NCBI GenBank assembly: GCA_951406725.2
Contig: OX597831.1
Coordinates: 77,934,001-77,998,000, forward strand
Origin: Octopus vulgaris
Lineage: Eukaryota
Direction of reading: 5' to 3'
Length of the DNA stretch: 64,000 nt
Shown piece after piece: positions 28,069 through 41,896 of the stretch; position 1 is the stretch's first letter; the number at the start of each line of letters is the position of its first letter. The notes under the pieces were generated by a model. It saw nothing but the letters and a program-made list of their open reading frames with translations, was not told the origin of the DNA and did no database searches. The translations under genes and the position numbers were made by a program.

Positions 28069-28129
28069 GTTGTTGTGGTTGTTACTGCCTTTCGTATTCG
28101 TGCTGGTTCAGTCAGATATCAATGTTCTT
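28069..28129 (+). CDS. Candidate internal exon (61 nt) of an unidentified gene
   Basis: Long pyrimidine tract plus tttcgcag acceptor and gtaagt donor; all three frames open, one giving signal-peptide-like LLWLLLPFVFVLVQSDINVL. Confidence 0.55.
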
Positions 28130-28196
28130 GTAAGTATGACACCTAGAAATTAAATACTAAATGTGTGAATGCGCATGTTTGCGTGGGTTTCCGAGC

Positions 28197-28243
<47 letters not shown>

Positions 28244-28758
28244 TATACATATATATATATATGCATAAGCGTGTATATTTATACAAGCATATATGCATAT
28301 ATATTTATATAATCAGAATACATACCAATGTGTGTGCATGCTGTTCCCATGCATATCTACATACACACAAGGACATGCATACATTCATATATATGAATAT
28401 ACATATGCATATATAAACATATGTAAATGTATATACCTGCATGCATACATATAAACATATAATTATATATACATATATAACATATTTACACATACATGTA
28501 TGTATATACACGCATATATAATAAGACACATACACATGCCTGTACGTATATACACATATGTATGTATACATAGTAATTATGTAATTAACCAGTTAGGAGC
28601 ATCAGCATCATCTCTCGTCATGTATTACTGGGAAATCATGGAACCATCTTATTTATCTTCATTTCAAATGAAACTGTATACTAACACATTAGTACTACCA
28701 TCGGGCATCAAGTTCATTCTTCATCTCTTTCTGTCCATTAAACTGCATGCCTTATATA

Positions 28759-28805
<47 letters not shown>

Positions 28806-29101
28806 CAATTGTCTCTCACTCCACTTGTCATGATCTAATAAATATCATCTGGTTATATTTCTTTATCTATTTTTCCGATTGACTTTTTTTCTCATTTGCT
28901 TCGCATGGTATATGACTACATTTCTCTAAAACTGAACTATATTTACCTGTACATAAACAGCAGAAGCAATATTCTCAAAGTGTTATATTGTTTTAAGCAA
29001 TTATTCTGTATCTGTCCGTCTATCTGTTTTTTCTCTCCTCCTGTCGGTTTTTCTCCCGTATATATACACACACACATATATATGGCTTTGTTTGTATGTA
29101 G

Positions 29102-29140
<39 letters not shown>

Positions 29141-29560
29141 TGTGTGTGTGTGTACATACATATGTAAATACATTTATGAATAGACATGTATGTATGTACA
29201 TCTATTTATCACTCTTGATATAAATAGAGATATACATGCATAACATAAGTACGGATATACATTTAAGTATGCGGATGTATACATGTAAGTATATTAGTAC
29301 AGATACAAACACATACATGTGTGCTTGTAGATATATATATATATATATATAGTATTTGGTATTGAACTATAATAAAGTATTTAGAGGCCTGACGATCGGG
29401 GTTGCGTTTTAAGAAATGTTCCTGTAAATCACTGCGTGCTTAAGGAACCGTGAACAAACCTCAAGTAACACGTGTAGCAGAGAAATTCAGAAAAGATTAG
29501 TAAGTATTAAAATAAAATTCTATGATATGGTGTGATGATGGGGACTGGTATCTCTAAATA

Positions 29561-29600
<40 letters not shown>

Positions 29601-29686
29601 GTGTGTGTGCGTGTGTGTGTATATATATGCATAATTTCTGTAACATACACTAACAAAGACACACACATACAAATGTATACTTACAC

Positions 29687-29738
<52 letters not shown>

Positions 29739-30119
29739 TCCATTAATTGGCCGAACCATTAGCGATTAATGGGTGTTTTTTAGCCTATTCTCTCGCATCT
29801 TTACGCAAATAACAATCACAGATGAAAAATGTGTTGCACAAGAAGACACACACAGATTTCTAATTGGCTAAACAGATCCGACATAGCTAAAGCTGAATAT
29901 CAGCATATCAGCTTCTAAGTATTAAAAAAAAAAAAACACACACACATATATATATATTAGGAAAATAGAGGTATGAAGAATAGTGTTTGTGTGCACGTAT
30001 GTCTGTGTATGTGTATAGTATGTATGTGTGAGTGTGTTTATATCTTAGATTCCAGTCTCTGATATGCATATAGATGTAAATGTATTTACAATTATATACG
30101 TCTATGGGCGCACGTGAGC

Positions 30120-30151
<32 letters not shown>

Positions 30152-30172
30152 GCATGTGTGTGTGGGTGCATG

Positions 30173-30207
<35 letters not shown>

Positions 30208-30284
30208 TATATATTACATGTGTATACATAATGACTATATAATGTATATATATGTAAATATAATATATATATATATATATATAT

Positions 30285-30545
30285 ATGCGTGTGTGTGTGA
30301 GTATATACATACATATATATACTATACATATATATATATATATATATATACTATGCATATATATATATATGTACAAATATATATATATGCGTGTGTGTGT
30401 GAGTATATACATACATATATATATACTATGCATATATATATATATATACTATGCATATATATATATATGTACAAATATATATATATACATATATACATAT
30501 ATGCGTGTGTGTGTGAGTATATACATATATATATATACTATATAC
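30285..30545. repeat. About 100-bp higher-order repeat built from microsatellites (about 3 units)
   Basis: atgcgtgtgtgtgtgagtatatacat recurs near 30285, 30387 and 30501; tactatgcat...gtacaaat lies between units. Confidence 0.8.
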
Positions 30546-30609
30546 GCATGAATATAGAGGGATAGATAGACAGATACGTGTGTGTGTGTGTGTGTGTGTC
30601 TGTGTGTGA

Positions 30610-30840
30610 ATTCTCCCGTCCGTATCGACGCATTATAATCCGAGAGCCAGCTGTTATGACTATCTCCACATATGTTTTGATTTGTGTAGCGAAGGCCTCT
30701 CTGCAACAGACAGACCTTTCGGAAAAGCTCATAACAGCTGCTGCAATCGTGTTCCACAAACTCAATGTACAACAAACCTCGGGATTCTTTCAATCTCCTG
30801 AGTTAGGCCTCTTTGCCACTGCTTAAATTCGAAGCCAGTT
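30610..30840 (-). pseudogene. Highly decayed mariner transposase fragment
   Basis: SRGLLYIEFVEH...NSWLSDYNASIRT parallels the mariner RGIVHHEFVP...NSWLLHHDNAPAHT region. Confidence 0.5.
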
Positions 30841-30861
30841 AAATGAGCACCTGGATATACA

Positions 30862-31010
30862 ATGTGGCTGTGTGCTTAGAAATTTGCCTCCCATCTACAT
30901 GACTCCGGGTTCAGTCCCACTGCGTGGCAACTTTGGGAATATGTCTTCTGCTACAGCCTCGAGGCGACCAAAGACTTGGGATTAGATTTCGTAGTCGGAA
31001 ACAGGGAGAT
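30862..31010 (+). mobile_element. SINE family A, decayed 5' half
   Basis: gtggctgtgtgcttag...ccgggttcagtcccactgcgtggca. Confidence 0.75.
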
Positions 31011-31015
31011 GCTTA

Positions 31016-31083
<68 letters not shown>

Positions 31084-31254
31084 CATCACATATGTACATG
31101 TGTGTGCGCGTATGTGTATGTATATATATATATCTGCGTGTGTTAGAATAAATAACAGGCTTTAATAAGAGAGGTACTGGGATCGAACCATACGACTATA
31201 ACTCTTCAAGTAAAAGATGCATACACAATATATATATGTCTATATATATATATA

Positions 31255-31440
31255 TTGTGAGAATTTACAAAAAAAGACAAAGGACGAAGACAGGTGCGTA
31301 AACAACAAACAGATGCATTATTTCAACGCTCGGAAAGTGAGAAAATCTTTCAGGCTTCGAACCTACGCTCTTCGACTGAAAGGAACACACAAATAAACAG
31401 GGAAAGAAAATCGAATAAGTTTTAGTGCCTATCATGGCGA
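31255..31440 (-). mobile_element. Penelope-like pLTR fragment (P1), decayed
   Basis: gagaatttacaaaaaaagacaaaggacgaagacaggtg...cttcgaacctacgctcttcgactgaa; within TA-rich flanks. Confidence 0.6.
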
Positions 31441-31538
31441 ATGCCGGACAGAGGGATCACACAGGAGAGCTAAGAAGAAGGGTAGATAATAAAGTAGTGG
31501 TGATATATATATATATATATATACATATATACATATAC

Positions 31539-31671
<133 letters not shown>

Positions 31672-32433
31672 CATACATATAAATGTCGTATCTGGGTATA
31701 GACGGTTCTTTCTGCAATCATCTGATCACATAAACCGAATTAGCACGTCGGTAATGCAAGACATTGTTATTCAATTTGATATTGTCATTGAATTTACTTC
31801 GTTGAGGATCTCAACTGAAGCCATAAATCTTTGCAGAATCTCCGAGTAATTCCTAATGGCTCCGTCATTGAAAATCTGCCCTACTCTTTGAACAGTGTAC
31901 TCTTTTTAATCCAGCTTTTCAGCACCAACCTATGTTTCTACATGCACACATACACACACAGATACACTCGCAGACGCACACCCCTGCATACATACATACA
32001 TAAACCTTCCAGAAGTTTTTCAATTAAAGATATATAGGAGCATGTCTAGATATGCAACTATATGCAGCAGAATACATAAATAAAGCAAAGCATGCAAATA
32101 TACATACAAAGAAACAAATATATCCTGTGGTTGATGTCCAAAGCTCCAATGAAGGAACTTTGAATCTAGGTTAGAAACCGGTTCATTCTCTATCGGCAAG
32201 ACATCTTGAAATAAAACTAAACAATGACATACATATGTGTGTGTGCATCTCTCTCTCTTCTCTCTCTCTCTCTCTCTCTCTCTATATCTCTTATATATAT
32301 ATATATATATATATACACTCATTCATTCATTCATTCAGTTTTTTAGCATCGCCACGAAGATCTTTACATATTTTTCTATATCTGCTTGTCATTTCATTAT
32401 TTATTTGCCTGTATGTCCCAGTATATCTCTTTC

Positions 32434-32478
<45 letters not shown>

Positions 32479-33096
32479 GTATGTATGTATATATGAATCG
32501 ATCATAATCACCATTTCCTCCATACAGCATATCTCGAGCGAGCTTCTCCACGCTTTCTGCCTACATCTGGCAGCGTTCGGGCGTTCTTGCACTTTCTTTC
32601 TTTTTCAGGCGTTTCTTTTTTTTTTCTCTGACCTAATATATTTGCATATTATATAATATATTCATATCTTCAATGAAATTCAAATCTCTAAACGCTATCT
32701 TCTTATTCATTGCTCCTTTCTCCCATTGTGTCTACTTTCTTAACACATTTTTATATATTCATGATCTATTATCCTGCATCATATTTTGAGGTAATTTCCA
32801 TAATATAGACATTTTCAACAAAAACATCAGTGAAACAGAAAGTATTACGAGTACATACATATGTATGTTTACATATGTGTATATACCTATATCCATTTAT
32901 TACTATATATACGACAATGATATGTATATATATATATATATATATATGTACCTATATGTATGTGTATATGTGTATTACATTTATGTAAATATGTGCGTGT
33001 ATCGTCTGTATAATATGTATACATAATGTATGCATGTATGCGTAAATAAATACTCGTATCCCAACACACGTACTTATATAAAGACATGTACATGTG

Positions 33097-33134
<38 letters not shown>

Positions 33135-33138
<4 letters not shown>

Positions 33139-33337
33139 ATCCGAACAAGAAGGCACAAAAAAAACACACAATAACGTGAGGACGTGGAACAAATATAGTA
33201 TTATTGGACGCTCAGGAAAGGAGGGTTTAACGTTTCGAGCGGAGCTCTTCGTCGGAAACATAGGAGAAGGAAAGAACCAGAGAAGGGAAGACAGAGGAAA
33301 AAAATCGCCAACGGTACACACGAAGTCACATTTTGAA
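33135..33337 (-). mobile_element. Penelope-like pLTR fragment (P2) with hammerhead-like motif, inside (TA)n
   Basis: Minus strand 33259-33225: gttt CCGACGA A GAGC tcc GCTC GAAA cg TT aaac. Confidence 0.68.
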
Positions 33338-33369
33338 ATATATATATATATATACATATATAATTTCTT

Positions 33370-34198
33370 TTTCTTATATTAGCTTCAGCTCGAGAGTTGT
33401 GGCCATGCTAGGGACCGCCGTTATGTTTGCTACACTATCACTGCTTTAAACCTCCTTTGATATATGGCATTTGGTGAATGAGGGAGATTGATGTTGCTGC
33501 CGTCATCTGTTTTTCCTGCCGTGAGGTGGGTTCATCTGGAGCTCTTGACAAACGGAGATCCAGTTCTGTTTGAAAACCACTTATATCCACCCCCATGTAG
33601 GTCTGAGGATTTGGGAAAGGATACTGAAACACTGTAGGCACTTAAGGACTTAAAGCTGTTGCAGTATCTGGTTCTGTATCCTGACGACAATGTTGGGATC
33701 TTTGGAACCCTGTCCTGCTTCTGTAACTTTCAATGACAAAGTTTGATACAAGTCCTTCCAAGATTTTTCGGATGTATATTAGTGGACATCGTTCCGGCCT
33801 TTGTTCCAAGGAGTAGCTGACATGTCGCATTAAGACGATCCCATGGGTGTAGCTTCGCAAGATTGCTTTGAGTTTCACCATTACTTTTACATTATGTGGT
33901 GACCATAATTGAGAGCAGTAGTCTTAACGGCTGAAGGTAAATATCCTCCAGAGGACCATAGTGAATTCCTGTTCTTTCGTTGGGAAAGTTCTAATGATCT
34001 CTTTGGCCAGTCACCTGCATTTTATTGTCAGTTTAGTAATATGAACCGGAAATGGCATACCATTGCCCATATCAACGTCCAGGTGGCGTTGTGATTTTGA
34101 TGTAGAGATTGCAATCTCTCCTAGGGCAGTGTACCCTGCCTGATTTTCATGCAGCTTCATGTCGTGGTAGCACAGGCGTAAGAATCTTCCAGCATTTT
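33370..34198 (-). mobile_element. 5'-truncated CR1/L2-group LINE (ORF2 C-terminus plus 3' UTR)
   Basis: Frameshifted peptides YCSQLWSPH, SYSLEQRPER..IYIRKILEGLVSN and FQTELDLRLSRAPDEP...AATSISLIHQM match the CR1-group post-RT domain. Confidence 0.85.
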
Positions 34199-34266
<68 letters not shown>

Positions 34267-34803
34267 ACAAACAGGGCACAAATAGTATTTTAAATTTACG
34301 AAGGCAGTCACTGGTATACATAGATTACATCATAGTTTGAAATCCACCATCTTCAGATAAAATTTTAAACAGTTGGAAACAGGTGAGATAATACCTTGCT
34401 GATGACGAATCCAACCAGCATATTATATCGTCATGGTTCTTTTACCTAAGTGTGAACCCTATATTACTGGACCTAGCCATTTCTGGTGTCTTACGCACTA
34501 ATATGCCTAGATTCTACTGAATCCTATAACTAATCACACACACACACACACACACATACACACATACAAACACACACACACACACATAAACACACACACA
34601 CATACACACACATATCAACGTTTATGTATGCATATACACATGTATCCATGTACATATAGACATTTAGATTGAGCTTATCACGTTGAAATATATTTTTAAC
34701 ACATACACACATACATATAACTGGGACTTTTATGTTTCAAAACCTACCCTTACGATGTTATACATGTTTTATTATTGTAATACTGTTAAAACATATTTGT
34801 TAT

Positions 34804-34855
<52 letters not shown>

Positions 34856-35329
34856 GTATGTGTGTATGTATGTATGTATAAATATTTAGGTATATATATG
34901 TATGTATATATACATATATATGTATATATATATGTATATATATATGTATGTATAAATATTTAGGTATATATATGTATATATATGTATATATACATATATA
35001 TATGTATATATATATGTATATATACATGTATGTATGTATTTATATGTGTGTATGTATTTTTCTTGTTATTGTTTCAATCTCCTATGCCATACTTATTGAG
35101 AAAAATACTGCGTCATAAAATTGATCTGTATTTTATATATGTTTAAATATATTTTCATGTAAATTCATGTTAAATAATCTACATATGAAATATTATATAC
35201 ATATTTTAAAGGATATTTTTGCCTTTTTAATTAAAACTCAACGTTTCTTCGTAAAATCAAGAATAAAATTCTACAAAAACCTAATAGCAATAATAATATC
35301 CGGTTATAATTCATTTTTTTTATTACATC

Positions 35330-36337
<1,008 letters not shown>

Positions 36338-36339
<2 letters not shown>

Positions 36340-36894
36340 GCCCTGATGCAGTACCAGACAGTGGGTCTCGTGGCTTCTGATCTTAACTTATTGGAAGTGT
36401 TATCATGTACATTGTCTTGTCTTGGTATAAAAGATGGTCTACAGCAAATATTCTGCTCAATACCACAGATTTGATTGTCAGTTGTTTGACCTTAACCAGT
36501 TGAGCATGTCCCTTAGTGGCTGACGACATGTGCATCTCTGATCATGAGCAGGAGTAATGGGGGAGCATCATAGCCATGTGCTGAGAGGGATTCTTTGGGG
36601 TTTGAATAATTCACCTTTGGAAACATGGGTGTTTCATTCAACATCCTTAAACAACCCTTGTTCAAGGGACCTTTTCAGCGGGATGGGTTACTCGACCAGA
36701 AGAAAATTGTAACTGGGCCCCACCTGCAAGGTCATGTGCTGTTTATCTTGATATGAGATCACCATGGCGCGTACATATGGTGGTGATGCATGTGCCTAGT
36801 GTACCCTTATCAGACGGGTAGTCATGATGGGTATACTGGGATTCGTATATTTTACCCCAGTGTCACTTTGATGGCATGCACTACTCTCTCACTC
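36338..36894. mobile_element. About 560-bp GC-richer insertion bounded by (AAT)n; possible non-LTR-derived element
   Basis: Sharp boundaries into pure (AAT)n on both sides, no long ORF, no TIR. Confidence 0.55.
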
Positions 36895-36956
<62 letters not shown>

Positions 36957-37555
36957 TAATAATAATAATAATAATAGGTGAACAGGATTGCGAGGATAAG
37001 ATTGCTATTGTGAGGATGATGGTGATCTTGATGGCAATGATGATAATGCTTTGGTTCATCAAAATAATACTAACAATATTTAATTTCCTTTAGATATTTG
37101 TTATTCCATTATTTCATATCATACTCTGATTTTCTTTCCCTCTCACTCCGTCTTCCACTCCCTCTCTCTGTAGTCCCGGTATGAATGTGTTTGTAAACAC
37201 TCACACGCACACATATAGACCTATACATACGCTCACGTAAATGTTATCAAACCGTTATGAGTTGTAGCGAGTGTTTTTTTTTCAAAGAGAGTAGAATGTA
37301 AATATACGTTATAAATTGTATTAAAAACTAAAGTCTTTTTCAATTCAACACAACCTGAAGAGCTAATATCAACGTTTTCATAATGAACATTTTCCTCCAT
37401 ACCTTGCGCTGAGTTCGCTTTTTATACTTGCCTCATTTAAAAAATATATATAGTTAAGAACACCTATAGAACTGTAGTATACCTGTGTATAAGTTCTACA
37501 CACATACTCGTTTATATATATATATATACATACATACATACATACATACATACAC

Positions 37556-37602
<47 letters not shown>

Positions 37603-37622
37603 TACATACAGACAGACATGTC

Positions 37623-37663
<41 letters not shown>

Positions 37664-37707
37664 TATGAGAGAGAGACATATATATGGCATATACTTACTG
37701 TATACAC

Positions 37708-38035
37708 TGGCTCAGTGGTTAGAGCGTCGGACACACAATCACGAGGTACAGATTTCGCTTCCCGAACCGGGCTGTGTGTTTTGTTCTTGAGCAAGACACT
37801 CTATTTCACGTTGCTCCAATTCACTCATCTGAAGAAATAAGTTGCGACGTCACTGGTGTCAAGCTGTATCGGCCTTTGGCTTTCCTTTGGATAACATCGG
37901 TGGCATGGAGAGGAGGGTTGGTATGCATGAGTGACTGCCGGTCTTCCATATAAACAACCTTGTCCGGACTTGCGCGAAGGAGGGTAATTTTCTAGGTGCA
38001 ATCACGTGGTCATTCATGACCGATGACGGTCCTTA
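37708..38035 (+). mobile_element. SINE family C, full length
   Basis: tggctcagtggttagagcgtcgg head, CORE-like cttgagcaagacact, tail ctaggtgcaatcacgtggtcattcatgaccga. Confidence 0.85.
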
Positions 38036-38374
38036 TCCATTTTACTTTTATGTATAATATCCTGTGTGTCTATGTGTGTATAATAATAATAACAATAATA
38101 ATAATATTAATATTAACTAGGATTATTACGAAGTAGCATAACATTACCTTTAATTCCTTTTTATATATAAACAGAACCTCAAATAGACCTACAATTGTTT
38201 CCATTACATCGATTAGTATCATTCAACGGAATATATCTCTAAATTATTATCTTATAAGAATTATTATTATTGGATTTATACACTAACGGTTGAATAGCCT
38301 ATTTCGAATGACTGTGAGCAAACTGGTAAACATTCGGAGGTATTACATATTAATTACCAATATGTGTATGTATT

Positions 38375-38464
<90 letters not shown>

Positions 38465-38475
38465 TGTGTGTGTGG

Positions 38476-38830
38476 TAGACTGGCACTCCATCTTTACGAC
38501 GACGAGGGTTCCAACTGATCCGATCAACGGAAGAACCTGCTCATGAGAGTAACGTACTAGTGGCTGAGTACTCCACAGTTTCGTGTGAGCATTCCCCAGA
38601 CACAAGTGTGCATACGTGTTCGCGTACCCTCAACATGGTTCTCAGGGAGATCTAGCCTGTTAAAGATGTTCAGAAGGCTGGTTCTTTGAAATACTGTTAC
38701 AACTCAGTATTTTTCTTTGCCAGCTGAGTGGAGTGGAGAAACGTGAAATCGAATTGCTCAAGGATACAGGACTCACCCCACCACCACCATCAGTAATCGA
38801 ACTCATAACTTTACGAACGTGAGTTGATTA
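38476..38830 (-). mobile_element. tRNA/CORE-like SINE with a distinct tail
   Basis: gccagctgagtggagtggag...ttgctcaagg CORE-like; tail tggcactccatctttacgacgacgagggttcc. Confidence 0.7.
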
Positions 38831-39501
38831 TCCCTAAGCAGCTGAATATCTCTAATCCAGACGTCTTCATATATCTAACGCCCGAACACTCATAATCTTT
38901 CTCTCTCCCTGAACAAATGTACTTATGATGCATTTTAATTTACTCGTATTCTATATTTTGTGCGTAATTTTCAGCTGAAATACTCTATCGTTGCTTGAAT
39001 TCATTCTGTAACGAATGAAGAATTTAATAAAATTATTGTCATTATTTAATCAGTATTTGGAACATAAATTAAAATTAAATTTTCATGGGAGATTTTTTAG
39101 ATCAGTTTAAAATTGTTGTCGCCATATTTCTGTTGGAATTCACTGATATTGTTTCAAATAATTCGGAAAATAATGAAGGAAATTTAGTGAAATAGCTATC
39201 ATTAAGTGGGTGATTTTAACAGAAATTAATATAAAAATATGATTGTTTCAGTTTATATCACTTTCAGACATTTAAACCAGATGGGTTGTTATCGGCAGGG
39301 TTAATATGCTTATCAGATGTAACATAGCCGGCTGATCAGTTTTATCAAGAGTAGAGCCCACATGGATCCGTAGGTAGGAGAGGTGCAACCAGAGGGTAAA
39401 TGTCCAAAAGAGAATCCGTAAAGGGTAATATCCAATGGAGAAGTTCCTGTGTGATAAATGACAGGATCAATTGGTGCGACCACGTGAGCGTGTGATATAT
39501 A

Positions 39502-39690
39502 GGGAGAGTTTACAAAAAAACCAAAAGACGAAGACAGGTGGTGTACAAAACAAACAGATGTATTAGTATAACGCTCAGGAATAGAAAAAGTCTTTTACGT
39601 TTCGAGCCTACGCCCTTCTACAGAAAGGGAGACAGAAAAAACAAGGAGAGTAAAAAATGTGTGTAGTGGCTAACGATCTATCTGGGCGAC
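39502..39690 (-). mobile_element. Penelope-like pLTR fragment (P1) with hammerhead-like motif
   Basis: Minus strand 39627-39592: cttt CTGTAGA A GGGC gtag GCTC GAAA cg TA aaag; homologous to 21281. Confidence 0.68.
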
Positions 39691-40086
39691 TGGTCAGTTT
39701 TACTGCGCCATTCAATGTGCAATGTGCCACCCTTATTACATTAATATACCCTGATAATTTGCGTCAACTGTACACGTTTCTTATATGTCCACCAATTTTC
39801 AGAGTAGACAGTGTTGCTTAAACGGGGTATTAAAGGCAAAAATTTAATCAGTCTCGAAGGCCTACAAGAGTTAATTTCTCTGCCCTTTCTTGCAGATTCA
39901 GTTGGGAAAGCATTGAGTAATTATCTTTCAGATCGACGGAAATTCATTTTATTTATGTGCGTTTGATTATGTGCGTTTATGTGTGAGTATATTTATTACA
40001 GAAGCCAAATATTTTTCAGAAGTTTAAGTATTTTATCTTTATATATAAACTCGGGGTTATTTATAAATATCTGAACACGAATTTCA

Positions 40087-40230
<144 letters not shown>

Positions 40231-40410
40231 TTTATACATATATATATATATCAATGTATCTATCATTCTATCTATCTCAATCTGTCTATCTGATATCGCA
40301 GACAGACAGATAAATAGATATATAGATAGATTGATTGATAGAGTTGTATATATTTGTGTGTATATATATATGTATATATATGTTTCTAGGTATGTATATA
40401 TTTATATATT

Positions 40411-40487
<77 letters not shown>

Positions 40488-40971
40488 TAGTGTACGCACA
40501 GGCACATACACAAATGTACACTTATATATAATTACATTCATACAATTACATTCATAAATATTTATGTGAAAGTATACATAAAACGAAGAAGATTGAATAC
40601 GCTGAAAACATGTCTCTTTTCATGACTGCGGACTTAGGAGTAAGATAAGAAAATTTTTCAAATTCAATGCGCTCGATTTTACGCTTTCATTTCGAAGGGA
40701 TTCAGTGATAAAAAACCACACACTTGGGTGGGCTGCGTCTGGATTATTAACGGTACAGCGATCGTGTTGAACTATTGGCATACTTGTTGATGGAATCCAG
40801 CTTGATCAGGGTGTTTCAATCAACACGCTTTCTTGTTGTCTGTCATATTGTCAAACTTTAAGATACATCGTGCGTAGAAGGTGTGGCGTTTTCAAGCTTA
40901 TCCGGAATTTCCAACGCGGCGTGAATAGGGTGAGAAATAACATACGTAGAGTAAGACACTCAATCTAGATT

Positions 40972-41033
<62 letters not shown>

Positions 41034-41046
41034 AAGAAAGATAAGT

Positions 41047-41081
<35 letters not shown>

Positions 41082-41242
41082 CAGACAGACTGACAGACAG
41101 ACAGACAGACAGTCAGAAATCCGTCGGTCTCGAAAGACTATCGATCTACGCCTGGAGTATTTTGTGCCAGCTGTTGCTTGTGATTCAGCATCTGATGTAG
41201 CTGTACAGGCGCAAATTGGATATATACATACATACATACACA

Positions 41243-41323
<81 letters not shown>

Positions 41324-41326
<3 letters not shown>

Positions 41327-41462
41327 AAGATTAATCAGCCGAAATTGCGAAGATGATCCGGTCCTTGACTGAAGATTGAAGGCTTCGAATGTCCCGTCCG
41401 TGTTTTTTGTGTCTTCTAAAAGTTTCACGTTCTTGTCCCAGTTTGTAAGGTTTTTTTATTTT

Positions 41463-41465
<3 letters not shown>
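41324..41465 (+). mobile_element. Short insertion inside (TA)n, possible pLTR fragment
   Basis: Flanked by (TA)n; contains CTGAAGA-ttgaaggcttc-GAA-tGTC. Confidence 0.4.
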
Positions 41466-41508
<43 letters not shown>

Positions 41509-41517
41509 GAGAGAGAG

Positions 41518-41560
<43 letters not shown>

Positions 41561-41564
<4 letters not shown>

Positions 41565-41896
41565 AACAAAAGTGAGCTGAGGAAAATGACTCGCAGTGAC
41601 CAAAGCGGCTGATATTCGAATTGGATAAAATTGACAAATACTGGCAGATGAAATACCATGATAGAGGAATATATATTATAATTATTAATTATAAAATTTA
41701 TAGATTTACCCTTTTATTAGCTTGCTGGTCACTTAATAACGGAAAGTGCGGTCTATGCGACATGGAGAGATGGCTTATCTGGAAAAGCAGCTTAGACCCT
41801 ACTACATGTCTAAATTCAAGGACAGAACTTTTCGGTTCATGCCCACATGTGACAAAATATTTGTTACGTTTTTGGACCCCGCAAGAATACAGATAA
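41561..41896 (+). pseudogene. Penelope-like element, C-terminus of the GIY-YIG endonuclease region
   Basis: KYWQMK...INYKI...KCGLCDMERWLI...LNSRTELFGSCPHVTKYLL matches the PLE terminal motif KCxLCxxEKxxI...LNxRSELxxxCRHxxKFLL. Confidence 0.75.
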
